DNA of 64,000 nt from Nitrososphaeria archaeon (GTDB taxonomy: Archaea > Thermoproteota > Nitrososphaeria > Nitrososphaerales > JAAOZN01). The notes under the pieces were generated by a model. It did not search any database and was not told where the DNA came from. It saw nothing but the letters and a program-made list of their open reading frames with translations. Where the stretch lies: contig JARVJZ010000006.1 of NCBI GenBank assembly GCA_029775855.1, positions 116,570 to 180,569 of the forward strand, in the 5' to 3' direction. This document shows positions 1 to 10,875 of the stretch, in pieces (the stretch's first letter is position 1; each line of letters begins with the position of its first letter). Both the position numbers and the translations under genes were made by a program.

Positions 1-305
1 ACTTAACAGCATTAAAAAGAGGGGTAAAAGCCTGCTTACTCTTAGGCAAGGATGACGCAAGTAGAGCTGCTGAAGTATTCAAGAAGATTGGTTTAGAGCC
101 GCCTACATTAAAGCCTGAAACTTCAAGATGCCCAATCTGTAATGGGCTGCTTCAAATCTGTAGCCCAGAAGAGGTTGAGGTTAAGCACAAGCCTAAGAGC
201 ACATACTATAAATGTGTAGTCTGCGGTAAACTCTACTGGATAGGAAGCCATTGGCCCAGAATTGTGGGCTTCGATAGGCGTCTAAGGCAGCTCCTTAAGA
301 CTTAA
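1..305 (+). CDS. Mut7-C RNase domain (DUF82-like) protein, 5' truncated by window edge
   Basis: Not in ORF track. Manual translation of frame 3 gives ...SRCPICNGLL...YYKCVVCGKLYWIGSHWPRI..., the C-terminal zinc ribbon of Mut7-C. Stop TAA at 303-305. Confidence 0.85.
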   Translation, partial: LTALKRGVKACLLLGKDDASRAAEVFKKIGLEPPTLKPETSRCPICNGLLQICSPEEVEVKHKPKSTYYKCVVCGKLYWIGSHWPRIVGFDRRLRQLLKT

Positions 306-331
306 AGGAGACCCTAGCTGGTGAAGATGCG

Positions 332-949
332 ATGATCGAGCTTAGTGACGAAGAAGGCGAATTGCTTGTAAAAACGGCTAGAAGAGCAGCTGAAGAGTAT
401 GTAGTCAGCAGAAGAAGACTGAAAGTAGGCGAGGAATTTCAGAAAAGGTTCAGCGAGAAATTAGGTGTATTCGTTACGATAAACACATTAAAAGGAAAGG
501 AGCATGAACTCAGAGGATGTATAGGGTTAGTTCAACCAAAAATACCCTTAAGCGAAGCGCTAATCGAAGCAGCTATAAGCGCAGCCACAGAAGACCCACG
601 CTTTGAACCTATCAAACCCCAAGAACTCAACAACCTAATCTTTGAAGTAAGCGTTTTAACACCGCCTGAGAGACTCAAAGCAGCATCACCGAGAGAGTAT
701 CTTAACTTGATAAAGATAGGAAGAGATGGCTTGATAGTCGAATACAGATTTCTAAGCGGGCTTCTACTTCCTCAAGTCCCAGTCGAAGAAGGTTGGGATG
801 TTGAACAATACCTTTCATACGCCTGTATGAAGGCTGGTGCACCACCTGACATCTGGCTTCTGCCGGAGACAAAGCTCTACCGCTTTGAGGCAGTGGTCTT
901 TGCTGAAGAAGAGCCGAATGGTAGGGTTATTAGGAGAAGGCTGGTTTGA
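332..949 (+). CDS. AMMECR1 domain protein (TIGR00296 family)
   Basis: GVFVT, LRGCIG, AATEDPRF, EVSVLT and GLLLPQVP motifs. Confidence 0.93.
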   Translation: MIELSDEEGELLVKTARRAAEEYVVSRRRLKVGEEFQKRFSEKLGVFVTINTLKGKEHELRGCIGLVQPKIPLSEALIEAAISAATEDPRFEPIKPQELNNLIFEVSVLTPPERLKAASPREYLNLIKIGRDGLIVEYRFLSGLLLPQVPVEEGWDVEQYLSYACMKAGAPPDIWLLPETKLYRFEAVVFAEEEPNGRVIRRRLV

Positions 950-964
950 GGGGAAAGACTTGGC

Positions 965-2134
965 TTGAAAAGAGTCTATTTCCCCATCTTCGGTTCAGGT
1001 CTTGGTCACGCTGCTAGAATGGTTACTTTAGCTTCGAGGCTTGTTGCACTAGGATTTGAAGCAGCTTTCTCCTCATACTATGAAGCAGCTGATTATGTGG
1101 AGCAGAAGGGCTTCCTCTGCTTTAGAGTGCCTAGGTTAGATGTAGGTTGGACAGCGTCAGGAAAATTTGAAGGGCTTTTAAAGACCTCTAAGAGACTGCC
1201 TTGGCATATAGCCACATTTATCCGTCAAACAGTAATAGAGAGAAAGATTATGCAGAGTTGGAAACCAGATCTTGTCATCTCAGATTCACGCCTTTCTGCG
1301 GTTATAGCTGCTAAGACCTTGGGTTTAAGATGCTTTGTAGTCACTAATCAGCTGCGTATACTTCTACCACCTAAGAAGAGAAGTAAGCGTACAAAGCCCA
1401 TCGAACGCTTCCTCAACGAGATCTTAGGTAAACTGTGGAATTTAGCCGACAGAATCTTCTTCCCAGACCTACCGCCACCATACACCATTTCTGAGGAGAA
1501 TCTGTGGTGGGTTTCTGCTGTGAGGAAAAAAGCTGAGTATATTGGTTTTCTTGTTCAACCAACCAAGAAGAGTAGAGAGGAGCTCGAAGAGAGTCTCCGT
1601 AAAACTGGGTTAAACATAGATAAGCCTATAGTCTTTATTCACATAAGCGGGCCAGCATTTACAAAGCCAGCGCTTCTAAGAAAACTCCTTAAAGCTGCAA
1701 CACTACTAAAGGATTTTCAAGTAGTTATATCTGAAGGCAGAACCAAAGGGAGCACAGAAGTTAAAAGATTAGATTCAATCTACTACTTTGAATGGTGCCC
1801 GATAAGTGAAGACCTTATGCAGATTTCAGACATACTTGTGGTTAGGGGAGGGCATTCAACCCTTGGCTCAGCTCTTCTGCTTGGAAAGCCTATGCTTATA
1901 ATACCGATAGCAGACCATAGTGAACAATTTAGCAACACATTTAAAATGGTTAGGCTCGGTGTGGCTCTTTGGCTCGACCCGCTTGAGTCAAATCCTGAAG
2001 ACATCTGTGAAGCTGTACATACGCTTCATGGTGATGGCGCCTATAGGAGTAGAGTTTCAGTTCTTTCACAGTTAGCTTCAAAGTATGATGGGTTAAGTAG
2101 GTTTACTGATGCAGTTCTTGAGGCGTTAAGATAA
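965..2134 (+). CDS. GT28/MurG-like glycosyltransferase
   Basis: N-terminal GSGLGHAAR; C-terminal RGGHST...P.L.IP...HSEQ. Confidence 0.85.
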   Translation: MKRVYFPIFGSGLGHAARMVTLASRLVALGFEAAFSSYYEAADYVEQKGFLCFRVPRLDVGWTASGKFEGLLKTSKRLPWHIATFIRQTVIERKIMQSWKPDLVISDSRLSAVIAAKTLGLRCFVVTNQLRILLPPKKRSKRTKPIERFLNEILGKLWNLADRIFFPDLPPPYTISEENLWWVSAVRKKAEYIGFLVQPTKKSREELEESLRKTGLNIDKPIVFIHISGPAFTKPALLRKLLKAATLLKDFQVVISEGRTKGSTEVKRLDSIYYFEWCPISEDLMQISDILVVRGGHSTLGSALLLGKPMLIIPIADHSEQFSNTFKMVRLGVALWLDPLESNPEDICEAVHTLHGDGAYRSRVSVLSQLASKYDGLSRFTDAVLEALR

Positions 2135-3265
2135 ACTATCTACAATTTCGTGTGCGTCTAAAAGACCCTTCACCACTTCTAGCCTTACAACATCTTTCCA
2201 AGCATCTCTTGCAGCGTCCTCTAAACTTGAAAGAGTTCTTCCAGAAGCGTCTAACATACTTAACCTACATTCGTTTAAATCAATCTGAAGCTTAGAGTGA
2301 AGACCTATCATACGCGCGTAACACAGCATCTCATCATTAGTCAAGAAGGATGCTGGTGAGAACATGGTAACTGATTCTCTACAAGCTCTTTCAACAACAT
2401 TCGTTGCGCTACCCCCTAGGATAAGCGGCAAAGAGACAGCCTTAACATTAGTCTCTTTAGCCGCTTTAAGGGCTAATGTTGCTGTAAACTCAAACCAACT
2501 ATAGCTTCCATCCCCAGTTCTATAACGATTTGCTGCATCAACATAGAACACTTGAACAATCTTTTTAGGCATACATCGTCTGAGCAGAGTAAAGACTTCA
2601 AAGGAGTGGTATAGCAGCTTAGAGGAGGGTTGAGGTTGGCTGATGATAATATATTTAGCGTCAAATCCAGCTCTTTGCGTAAGCCAAGCGTTCACCAGAG
2701 ACCTCACTGTAGGTTCAACCACTATTATGCATTCCCCTAAAGAGCCGCAGGGAAGCCCACAGGAGCCTAGATAGCGGTGAGTGAAGATGTATGCGTCTTC
2801 TTTTGTGACTAGAGTGTAGACAACCTTATCGGGCTTCTTCTCATCTGGTTTAGCGCCTCTATCACTAACTTCACCTATGAGTATAGATGTTGCTAGAGAT
2901 TCTAGATCTTTGGGTTCAAAGTTTAGGTTTTGGGTTGTCTCAACTTTAACCATAAAACGCTCTTTCTCAAAGATACCTTTTTTACCCATTCTCACTATGG
3001 CTTGCAGAACTTCGTCAAATTCTGGATTTACTCTTTCAGCCAAAGCCACATAAGCTACGCCAGAGAATCTGGATATAGTTTCAGCAACCTCAACTAGGTT
3101 TTGGGCTTCTACCTCTATGATATCCCCCTTTACTTTAATCGAATACTTTGAATCCGTAAAGGATGGTAAAGACTCTATTAGTAGATGCTTCAACAAATCT
3201 ATCTGGGCAGCAGTCTCAGCTGAAGGTTTGACGACGCAGCGCATAAGCAAGGTAAGCCTAACCAT
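2126..3265 (-). CDS. THUMP-domain ThiI-like protein with degenerate PP-loop
   Basis: THUMP region followed by GLPCGSLG linker typical of ThiI. SGGxDS is replaced by EPTVRS. Confidence 0.6.
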   Translation of the reverse strand: MVRLTLLMRCVVKPSAETAAQIDLLKHLLIESLPSFTDSKYSIKVKGDIIEVEAQNLVEVAETISRFSGVAYVALAERVNPEFDEVLQAIVRMGKKGIFEKERFMVKVETTQNLNFEPKDLESLATSILIGEVSDRGAKPDEKKPDKVVYTLVTKEDAYIFTHRYLGSCGLPCGSLGECIIVVEPTVRSLVNAWLTQRAGFDAKYIIISQPQPSSKLLYHSFEVFTLLRRCMPKKIVQVFYVDAANRYRTGDGSYSWFEFTATLALKAAKETNVKAVSLPLILGGSATNVVERACRESVTMFSPASFLTNDEMLCYARMIGLHSKLQIDLNECRLSMLDASGRTLSSLEDAARDAWKDVVRLEVVKGLLDAHEIVDSLS

Positions 3266-3297
3266 CCTTATAAGAATCTACTTAACCTTACCTAAAC

Positions 3298-4602
3298 TTG
3301 GAGGTAGGTAGATTGAGTCAAGTCGAGATTTCAGAGGCCTTTCAGCTGCCTGAAGGCTCAGCGGTTAAACTTAGAGGCTGGGTGGCTTCGAAGTCAGAGG
3401 TGGGTGGCATAATCTTCATCACTTTAAGAGACGGCACAGGATACATTCAAGCAGCGGGTAAGAAGGGAGTTATTGGTGAAGAAGATTTTCAGAGACTAAA
3501 GCGGGTTACAAAAGAAACAGCGGTTGAGTTGGAGGGAAGCATAAGGGTAGATAAGAGGGCGCCAAAGGGAAGAGAAGTAGCCATAAAATCTCTGAGTATT
3601 ATAGCTTTGGCTGATAAATGGCCTATAACTAAAAGCGCCGTTAAATCAACATCATTCCTTTATGACTATAGGCACCTCTCAATAAGAGGGCGTAAGGCTT
3701 CAGCTGTAATCAAGATAAGATGGGGCATCATGAAAGCGGCGATAGAATTCTTCTCGCAGCGTGGCTACTGCCTAATAAGCTCGCCTACAATAGTTCAGTC
3801 GGCTTGCGAGGGAGGGGCTACGCTTTTTGAACTCGACTACTTTGGTCAAAAAGCTTACCTTAGTCAAAGTGCACAATTTTATGAAGAGGCTGCGATTTGT
3901 GCATTAGGGAAGGTTTTCATTCTTCAACCAGCATTTAGAGCAGAGAAGTCTAAGACACCAAAGCATCTCACTGAATTTTGGATGATAGAAGCAGAAAAGG
4001 CATTCATGGATCAAGAGGAGAATATGAAGCTCCAAGAAGACCTTATTACATACATCTGCAACAGAGTGGTGGAAGATTGTAAAGAGGAACTGGAGGTGCT
4101 TGGGCGAAGATTTAAGCCTCCTGAACCGCCTTTCCCACGCATAACCTATGATGAAGTTTTGAAGTTCGCGTCTGAGCAGAATCTAGGCTTCAAATGGGGT
4201 GAAGACATTCCAACAGTGGTGGAAACGCTACTCTCTAAGAGCCAGACCAAACCATTCTTCATAACAGACTACCCTTTGAGCGCAAGAAGTTTCTACCATA
4301 TGACTAAGCCTGATAACGAAAACATAACTCTTTCAGCAGACCTAATTGCACCAGAGGGGCATGGTGAAATAGCTACTGGCGGGCAAAGAATACACGACTA
4401 CCAAACCTTGCTTAAAAGAATAGAGTCCCAAGAACTGCCGATGGAGAACTTCAGATGGTACCTTGAACTAAGAAGATATGGTATGCCCCCTCACTCTGGC
4501 TTTGGAGTAGGTGTAGAAAGGCTTACTAAGTGGGTCGCTGGGTTAAAACATATAAGGGCTGCAAGCCTATTTCCACGCACACCAACCAGAGTCAACCCCT
4601 AA
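3298..4602 (+). CDS. asnS: asparagine--tRNA ligase
   Basis: OB-fold N-terminus, YLSQSAQFYEEA (Asn-type rather than QSPQLYKQ), FRAEKS..KHLTEFW, PHSGFGVGVER. Start may be TTG 3313. Confidence 0.85.
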   Translation: MEVGRLSQVEISEAFQLPEGSAVKLRGWVASKSEVGGIIFITLRDGTGYIQAAGKKGVIGEEDFQRLKRVTKETAVELEGSIRVDKRAPKGREVAIKSLSIIALADKWPITKSAVKSTSFLYDYRHLSIRGRKASAVIKIRWGIMKAAIEFFSQRGYCLISSPTIVQSACEGGATLFELDYFGQKAYLSQSAQFYEEAAICALGKVFILQPAFRAEKSKTPKHLTEFWMIEAEKAFMDQEENMKLQEDLITYICNRVVEDCKEELEVLGRRFKPPEPPFPRITYDEVLKFASEQNLGFKWGEDIPTVVETLLSKSQTKPFFITDYPLSARSFYHMTKPDNENITLSADLIAPEGHGEIATGGQRIHDYQTLLKRIESQELPMENFRWYLELRRYGMPPHSGFGVGVERLTKWVAGLKHIRAASLFPRTPTRVNP

Positions 4603-4603
4603 G

Positions 4604-5566
4604 CTACTTAGATTTAAGACGAGCAACCTCCTCAGCAACCTTTATAGCCTTTTGAGCGACTTCAACAGCATTACTCCCAAATATGTATGCTGATGGCTCT
4701 ATCCAATATCCACCAGCATCTACAAACACTTCTGGTAGAGGTTCACCTCGCTTACCAAGGTTCAACACCTCCTCTATAACACGAGTCTGAGCCATATTTG
4801 CGTTGGTTGGTGTCTCACGCCTATCGAATATGTAGACGCTGAAACCCAGCTTTGTAAACGCACCTCTTACAAACCTATTATACGCAATGTTTATGGCTGC
4901 ACGAACATCGGGATTAACACGCATCGCTGCGAGCAAAACAGAAGCTAGATGCTCCGAGGCGCCAAACTCAGGAGGCATAAAGGCTCTTGGCATACCCTCA
5001 ACCTTAGATATGCGCCCGGGTATACCAGCGACATCTTTGACGCTCTTAGCATTAGGTGTTGCTTCAACTATATTAACTAAGACTTCAGGTATAACTTCAC
5101 TAAACTCCTTTGATGCATGGATAAGGTTCAGTGCAGCCTTTAAGTTGCTTAAAGCAACATACCGTTTATCTACAGTTGGGAGACCCTTTGAATAGAGTTG
5201 GATACATATATCACATCCTTCTGCTTGTAAACTTGGAAACCTAAGCTTATGCAGCGTGCAAACCGAGCCTTGACACTTTAGGGTTGTGCATAGGGTGCAG
5301 ATGCCTTTTACCGCCTCAGAGTATGATAAATTGCCTGAGGCTAGACCCGAGGCGAGCCATTTTGATAGAGCAACAACTTCTTCTGAATAGAGAGGTTCAT
5401 TCTTATCTATCTGCTGTTTAAGGTATCCGCTTACCGCTGGCTGTGTTACACCTACCATCTCAGCTATCTTGGCTTGGCTTAAACCTTTTGCCTTCAGATC
5501 TTTGGCTACGAGGGCTCTGATGAGTGGTAGAAGGTCTTTTATGGCTACTTCACAAGGAGGCTTCAT
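4604..5566 (-). CDS. thiR: ThiR-type transcriptional regulator (XRE HTH + ThiN-like sensor domain)
   Basis: MKPPCE start (ATG at 5566; the track start at 5692 overlaps cytX), HTH LSQAKIAEMVGVTQPAVSGYL, Cys cluster, ThiN-like IPEV..NI/PEFGASEHLA. Divergent from cytX-thiDN. Confidence 0.85.
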   Translation of the reverse strand: MKPPCEVAIKDLLPLIRALVAKDLKAKGLSQAKIAEMVGVTQPAVSGYLKQQIDKNEPLYSEEVVALSKWLASGLASGNLSYSEAVKGICTLCTTLKCQGSVCTLHKLRFPSLQAEGCDICIQLYSKGLPTVDKRYVALSNLKAALNLIHASKEFSEVIPEVLVNIVEATPNAKSVKDVAGIPGRISKVEGMPRAFMPPEFGASEHLASVLLAAMRVNPDVRAAINIAYNRFVRGAFTKLGFSVYIFDRRETPTNANMAQTRVIEEVLNLGKRGEPLPEVFVDAGGYWIEPSAYIFGSNAVEVAQKAIKVAEEVARLKSK

Positions 5567-5569
5567 CAA

Positions 5570-5596
5570 TATAACCGATTTATCAACAATGTTATA
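5570..5596. promoter_or_regulatory. candidate ThiR operator in thiR/cytX divergent promoter
   Basis: Two tandem imperfect ATAAC-N3-GTTAT palindromes (5571-5583, 5583-5595); outer TATAAC-N15-GTTATA. Confidence 0.55.
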
Positions 5597-5622
5597 AGCT
5601 GATCGCTCTTGGACTTCTGTGG

Positions 5623-6930
5623 ATGAAGATCCGTAAGCCTCCTGAATGGGGCATAACGCCTGTGCCTCCGAGTCAGAGGATACTTCGCCCAATAGATTTA
5701 GCGGTCTTCTGGACTAGCTTGGGGACGGGGCTGCTGGTTTACCAAGCTGGTGCGCTTCTTGTGCCTTCTTTAGACTTCTTAACATCATTTCTAGTGATTA
5801 CAGTAGGCACAGTCATAGGAACCTTGCCGCTTGCTTTGGCTGGTATGATAGGTGGGAAGTGTGGAGTACCTACCATGGTTTCGCTACGCCCAGCCTTCGG
5901 TATACGGGGCTCCTACTTTCCAACTTGGCTTAATGTTGCGCAGCTCGTAGGCTGGGGCACATTGGAGATAGTGGTGATGGCTAAGGCTGGTGACCTCATT
6001 TTATCCACTACTACTGGGTTCTCAGCATATTGGCTTTGGGTAATCATCTTCACAATCTTCACGATAATTATGGGTATAGGGGGACCTTTGATGGTTGTTA
6101 AGCAGTGGCTTGAAAGATTCGCCTTCTGGCTTCTCTACGGCTCAGCAGCTTGGGTAACCTTTTGGGCTCTTCAGAATGGAGGTTTAAGCAGAGTTATGGG
6201 CGCCAAGGCTGAAGGCGGGTTGCCTCTTCTAATGGCTCTTGACATTGTAATAGCGATGCCTCTATCTTGGATGCCTCTTGCAGCAGACTACAATAGGTTT
6301 GCGAGCACAGCAAAAGGTGGCTTTTTAGGCACCTACTTAGGGTTTATAGTAGGAAACATCTCAGGATACACAATAGGAAGCATACTCATATTAGCCACTG
6401 GTTCAGCTGATATAGTTGGTTCTTTCGGCTACCTATTTCTCGGAGCACCAGCCCTACTACTTATCTTAGTTTACGAGTTGGATAACTGCTTTGCAGATGT
6501 GTACTCAGCAGCGGTCTCGGTGCAAAATAATCTACCTAAGTTAAAGCAGTGGACGCTCATCGTGTTCATAGGCGGCTTATGCGCAGCATTAGCTCTATTC
6601 ATCAACATCGAAAACTATGTCTGGTTCCTACTCTGGATAGGCGCAACATTCTCACCAATCTTTGGCGTCGTATTGAGCGACCACTACATCTTAGCGAAGC
6701 AGAAGTTTGATGTAGAGCATCTATATATCAAAGGCGGCAGCTACTGGTATACTAAAGGTGTTAACATCTCAGCAATAGTTTCTTGGGCCGCTGGATTCAT
6801 AATGTATGTAGCTATAACAACATACATATCTTGGTTAGGTGCTACTATACCCAGCATGCTCACGGCAGCAGCCCTTTATGTAATCTTTGTTAAGATGGCT
6901 AGGCGTAAGCAGTTAGTGGTGAGGGTGTAG
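5623..6930 (+). CDS. cytX: NCS1 family permease, CytX-like hydroxymethylpyrimidine transporter
   Basis: Multi-TM protein with [34 protein letters not shown]; directly upstream of thiDN. Confidence 0.8.
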   Translation: MKIRKPPEWGITPVPPSQRILRPIDLAVFWTSLGTGLLVYQAGALLVPSLDFLTSFLVITVGTVIGTLPLALAGMIGGKCGVPTMVSLRPAFGIRGSYFPTWLNVAQLVGWGTLEIVVMAKAGDLILSTTTGFSAYWLWVIIFTIFTIIMGIGGPLMVVKQWLERFAFWLLYGSAAWVTFWALQNGGLSRVMGAKAEGGLPLLMALDIVIAMPLSWMPLAADYNRFASTAKGGFLGTYLGFIVGNISGYTIGSILILATGSADIVGSFGYLFLGAPALLLILVYELDNCFADVYSAAVSVQNNLPKLKQWTLIVFIGGLCAALALFINIENYVWFLLWIGATFSPIFGVVLSDHYILAKQKFDVEHLYIKGGSYWYTKGVNISAIVSWAAGFIMYVAITTYISWLGATIPSMLTAAALYVIFVKMARRKQLVVRV

Positions 6931-6936
6931 GTTTCT

Positions 6937-8307
6937 ATGGAAGATGTTGCAAGAGCACTTACAATAGCCGGCTCAGATTCTGGTGGAGGAGCGGGTATAC
7001 AAGCAGACCTTAAGACATTTGCAGCCCTTGGAGTATATGGGATGTGTGTAATTACAGCAGTAACGGCGCAGAACACGACTGGCGTTTCAGCGGTTCAGCC
7101 TATAGATGATGAGGTGGTTAGGGAGCAGATTAGAGTGGTTGTTTCAGATATTGGTGTTGACGCTGTGAAGACTGGTATGCTTTACAGCCGTGGAATAATT
7201 GAGGTTGTTGCTGATGAACTCGAGAACATCAAGGCACCTCTGGTTGTAGATCCGGTTATGGTGGCTAAGAGCGGCGCTCGGTTGCTTAAAGAGGATGCTG
7301 AAGAAGCGTTGATAAAAAAGATACTCCCCTTGGCAACAGTCGTAACCCCCAACTTAGATGAAGCTGCTCGGTTAGCTGGGTTAAGCATTAAGAGCTTAGA
7401 GGACGCTGAGGAGGCTGCAAAGAAGATAGCAACCCTAGGGCCGAAGGCGGTAGTGGTTAAAGGTGGGCATTTGGATTTAGAGGAGAGTGTGGATACATTA
7501 TATTATAATGGTGTAGTAAGAAAGTATGCTTCAAAGAGGGTGAGTGGAGGCACACATGGCACTGGATGCACCTTCGCCTCAGCCATAGCAGCACTCTTAG
7601 CCAAAGGATATGACATCTTCTCTGCAGTAGAGGAGGCAAAACGCTTTGTAGCAGACGCTATCTTACACAGCCCTAAAGTTGGTAGAGGCGTTGCACCAGT
7701 ATCACCCTTAGGTAAGACTGTGCTCTACGCTGAGAAGATGAAAGTTCTAGAGAGCGTAGGAGAAGCGGTAAACTTACTTGAAAACAACTCAGCCTTTGCA
7801 GACCTCATACCCGAATGCCAAACCAACATAGCTATGGCTCTACCGCAACCAAAGAAACTAGAGGACATCGCTGCCATCCCAGGAAGGATTGTAAACGCCA
7901 TGGGTAAGGTCAAGGCTTCTGGCTGCCCAAAATTTGGCGCATCGAGACACCTCGCATCAACTCTGCTTGCTATCTCAGAATACACACCTTTGGTTAGAGC
8001 CGCTCTGAACATAAGATTTGACGAACGGATTTTGGATGCTGCGCGTAAATTAGGCTATTTATGCTCAGAGTATGATAGGTCAAAGGAGCCTCCCGAAGTA
8101 AAGGCTGCTGAAGGCGAGACAACCAAATGGGGCGCAAGAGAGGCGGTGAAGAGCATAGGCGCAGTACCAGATATAATATTTCATAGAGGTGATGTTGGAA
8201 AAGAGGCTATGATAGTCATATTAGGTAGGGATGCTGTTGAAGCTGTTCATAAAGCTCTAAAGATCTTAACTCAATACAAAAATTTGAAAGAGTGTAGTAA
8301 AAGTTAA
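6937..8307 (+). CDS. thiDN: bifunctional HMP/HMP-P kinase + thiamine-phosphate synthase ThiN
   Basis: [34 protein letters not shown]; C-terminal ThiN ([23 protein letters not shown]). Confidence 0.95.
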   Translation: MEDVARALTIAGSDSGGGAGIQADLKTFAALGVYGMCVITAVTAQNTTGVSAVQPIDDEVVREQIRVVVSDIGVDAVKTGMLYSRGIIEVVADELENIKAPLVVDPVMVAKSGARLLKEDAEEALIKKILPLATVVTPNLDEAARLAGLSIKSLEDAEEAAKKIATLGPKAVVVKGGHLDLEESVDTLYYNGVVRKYASKRVSGGTHGTGCTFASAIAALLAKGYDIFSAVEEAKRFVADAILHSPKVGRGVAPVSPLGKTVLYAEKMKVLESVGEAVNLLENNSAFADLIPECQTNIAMALPQPKKLEDIAAIPGRIVNAMGKVKASGCPKFGASRHLASTLLAISEYTPLVRAALNIRFDERILDAARKLGYLCSEYDRSKEPPEVKAAEGETTKWGAREAVKSIGAVPDIIFHRGDVGKEAMIVILGRDAVEAVHKALKILTQYKNLKECSKS

Positions 8308-8343
8308 TAGACCTATCATATATAGTGTGCCCAGTGTATCCAA

Positions 8344-10875
8344 ATGGTTTCTAATGATTCTGATGTAAAGATATGCTATGTTAGCGGCGGGTTATGTGGT
8401 CATTCACGCTCCGGACCTCCTATGGAGGTTCATGTTAAGGATGGTAAGATCATTAGGGTGCTGCCCTTCCGAGTACCGGATGAAGTTAGACTCTATAAGA
8501 TCAAGACGAGCAAAGGCGAGTTCACAAGACCCAGGAGAACTGTGCCAGCAGCATTTATGCTCGCTCACAAAAAGAGAGTGGATTCGCCGAATAGATTAAA
8601 GTATCCTTTGAAGAGAGTGGATTGGAGCCCTGAAAATAGGAACCCTCAGAATAGGGGTAAGAGTGGATATGTTAGGATAAGCTGGGATGAAGCTATAGAA
8701 ATAATCGTTAACGAGATCAAAAGGATAAAGGAGGTTTACGGCACAACCGAAGCGGTTTTGGTGCAAGCTGATGGGCATGGTCAATCAGGGCTGCTGCACA
8801 CATTCCATTGTTACGGCCACTATCTATTCGACAAGCTAGGAGGCTACACCTCACAAGTGAGGAACCCAGACAGCTGGGAAGGCTACTACTGGGGCGCAAA
8901 GCATGTATGGGGCTTCGATGCTCAAGTAGGTGAGCCGATTCAAGACGCGATCTTTGATGACATCTTAGAGAATTGTGAGATGCTGATATTCAGCGGCTGC
9001 GACCCTGAAACTACGCCAGCAGGCTTCGCTGGGCAGATAGGCACAATAATGTGCAGATGGATAAAACAGGCTGGAATAAAGATCGTTGGTATATCGCCTG
9101 ACTTAAATTACGCTGAAGCCGTGCACGCTGATAAATGGATACCCATTAAACCCAACACAGACGCAGCCTTATACTTGGCGATAGCATACACTTGGATCAA
9201 AGAGGACACATACGACAAGAAGTTTGTGCAGACACACTGCATCGGCTTCGAAGAATTCAAGAAGTATGTTTTAGGTGAAGAAGATGGTGTTCCAAAGACA
9301 CCAGAGTGGGCTGAGAGAATCTGTGGAGTGCCTGTTGAGACGATAAAGGCGCTTGCAAGAGCTTGGGCTAAGAAGAGAACATCCCTAGCAGTATTCTTCG
9401 GAGGACCTAAGATAAGGGGGCCTTATTGTAGTGAGGTTGCGAGGATAGAAGCGATAGTCTTATCTATGCAAGGACTTGGTAAGCCGGGTAGGCAATTCTT
9501 TAGATTTTGGTATAGGCTTGGCTTAGGCTGTAAGAAGCTTTCGCCTATACCTAGATATCCTGAGGTGGATGCTGAGGGGACTCCTCCGAACTTTGCTGAA
9601 CCTTATGTATATATGCCTCCAACCAGCAGATCTTTCGTTATTAAAACGCTGGTGCCAGAAGCTATTCTTAATCCTCCTGTTAGTTGGTATTGTGCCGGCT
9701 CTATTATTTGCCCTCGTGAAGATCAGTTCACCAAATACACCTTCCCACCTTCAAAAGATCATCCTGGTATACATATGATTTGGAACGAGAATGCTTGCTG
9801 GACTGCTTGCTGGAGCAACGGCTATAAGATGATTGAGGCTTTAAGGAGCGAGAAGATAGATTTTGTAGTCGGTATACATCCCTGGTTGGAGAATGATCTG
9901 CTGTATGCTGACCTTATACTTCCAGCCCAGACCATATTTGAGCATGATGACATAGTTCCAGTGAATCATACAGATATTGTAGGTTTGGTTTATCAAGATA
10001 AGTGCATAGAGCCTGTTGGTGAATCTAAGAGCGACTATGAGATACACCGCCTTATAGCTGAGAAACTTGGTATCGGCGATGCGTTTCCACCGCCTGAGGA
10101 GGCGTTAAAGAAAGCCTATGAGAAGACATTGGCAGCTAAGAAGATGAGTTGGGAGGAGTTCAAGAAGAAGAAGGTTGTGATCTACGACTGCCCAACTCCA
10201 GAGGAGTGGGAAGAAATTAAGAGGAAGTATAATGTTAAGCCTGGGTTGACTTGGTTCTATGAAATGCCTGAGGGTAAGGGTTTGGAGACACCAACTGGGA
10301 AACTTGAATTCTACTCTACGGGTCTTGCCGAGCACTTTCCAGACGATAAAGAAAGACCACCTTTACCACGCTATTTGCCTCATGGTGAAGCACATCAAGA
10401 GAGCTTAAGTCATCTTAGGGCTGAGAAGTACCCTCTGCTTCTTATGTCTAACCATCCAAGGTGGAGGCTTCACTCTCAAGGCGATGATATATCTTGGACA
10501 AGAGAGATACCTACCTGCAAAGTTAAAGGGTCTGATGGCTACCTCTATGAGCCTCTTTGGATTCACCCTATAGATGCTGAGAAAAGGGGTATAAAGAGCG
10601 GAGATGTAGTTATGATATTTAACGAGCGCGGCGTGGTTCTTGGAGGCGCATATGTGACTGAGAGGATAATGCCTGGCACGGTATACATGGATCACGGTGC
10701 TAACCATGATCCAATAGAAGATAAAGTAGATAGAGGTGGATGCATAAATCTGATAGCGCCACCGCCTCACGAGAAGAGAATTGCGGGGATGGAGGTTAGG
10801 GTTCCAGAGATGTGCGCAAGCGGCTATTTGGTTGAAGTTCAAAAGTTGGATGAAGATTATCTGGTAGGTGAGTAA
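8344..10875 (+). CDS. Mo-bisPGD oxidoreductase, pyrogallol transhydroxylase large subunit-like
   Basis: RLKYPLKRVDW, RNPQNRGKSGYVRISWDEA, NPDSWEGYYWGAKHVWG (Ser ligand in DSWEG as in AthL), SNHPRWRLHSQ. No N-terminal 4Fe-4S motif, no Tat signal. Confidence 0.85.
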   Translation: MVSNDSDVKICYVSGGLCGHSRSGPPMEVHVKDGKIIRVLPFRVPDEVRLYKIKTSKGEFTRPRRTVPAAFMLAHKKRVDSPNRLKYPLKRVDWSPENRNPQNRGKSGYVRISWDEAIEIIVNEIKRIKEVYGTTEAVLVQADGHGQSGLLHTFHCYGHYLFDKLGGYTSQVRNPDSWEGYYWGAKHVWGFDAQVGEPIQDAIFDDILENCEMLIFSGCDPETTPAGFAGQIGTIMCRWIKQAGIKIVGISPDLNYAEAVHADKWIPIKPNTDAALYLAIAYTWIKEDTYDKKFVQTHCIGFEEFKKYVLGEEDGVPKTPEWAERICGVPVETIKALARAWAKKRTSLAVFFGGPKIRGPYCSEVARIEAIVLSMQGLGKPGRQFFRFWYRLGLGCKKLSPIPRYPEVDAEGTPPNFAEPYVYMPPTSRSFVIKTLVPEAILNPPVSWYCAGSIICPREDQFTKYTFPPSKDHPGIHMIWNENACWTACWSNGYKMIEALRSEKIDFVVGIHPWLENDLLYADLILPAQTIFEHDDIVPVNHTDIVGLVYQDKCIEPVGESKSDYEIHRLIAEKLGIGDAFPPPEEALKKAYEKTLAAKKMSWEEFKKKKVVIYDCPTPEEWEEIKRKYNVKPGLTWFYEMPEGKGLETPTGKLEFYSTGLAEHFPDDKERPPLPRYLPHGEAHQESLSHLRAEKYPLLLMSNHPRWRLHSQGDDISWTREIPTCKVKGSDGYLYEPLWIHPIDAEKRGIKSGDVVMIFNERGVVLGGAYVTERIMPGTVYMDHGANHDPIEDKVDRGGCINLIAPPPHEKRIAGMEVRVPEMCASGYLVEVQKLDEDYLVGE

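Noticed and set aside
3298-4602. Non-discriminating AspRS
   Set aside because: QSAQFYEEA matches AsnRS rather than AspRS QSPQLYKQ.
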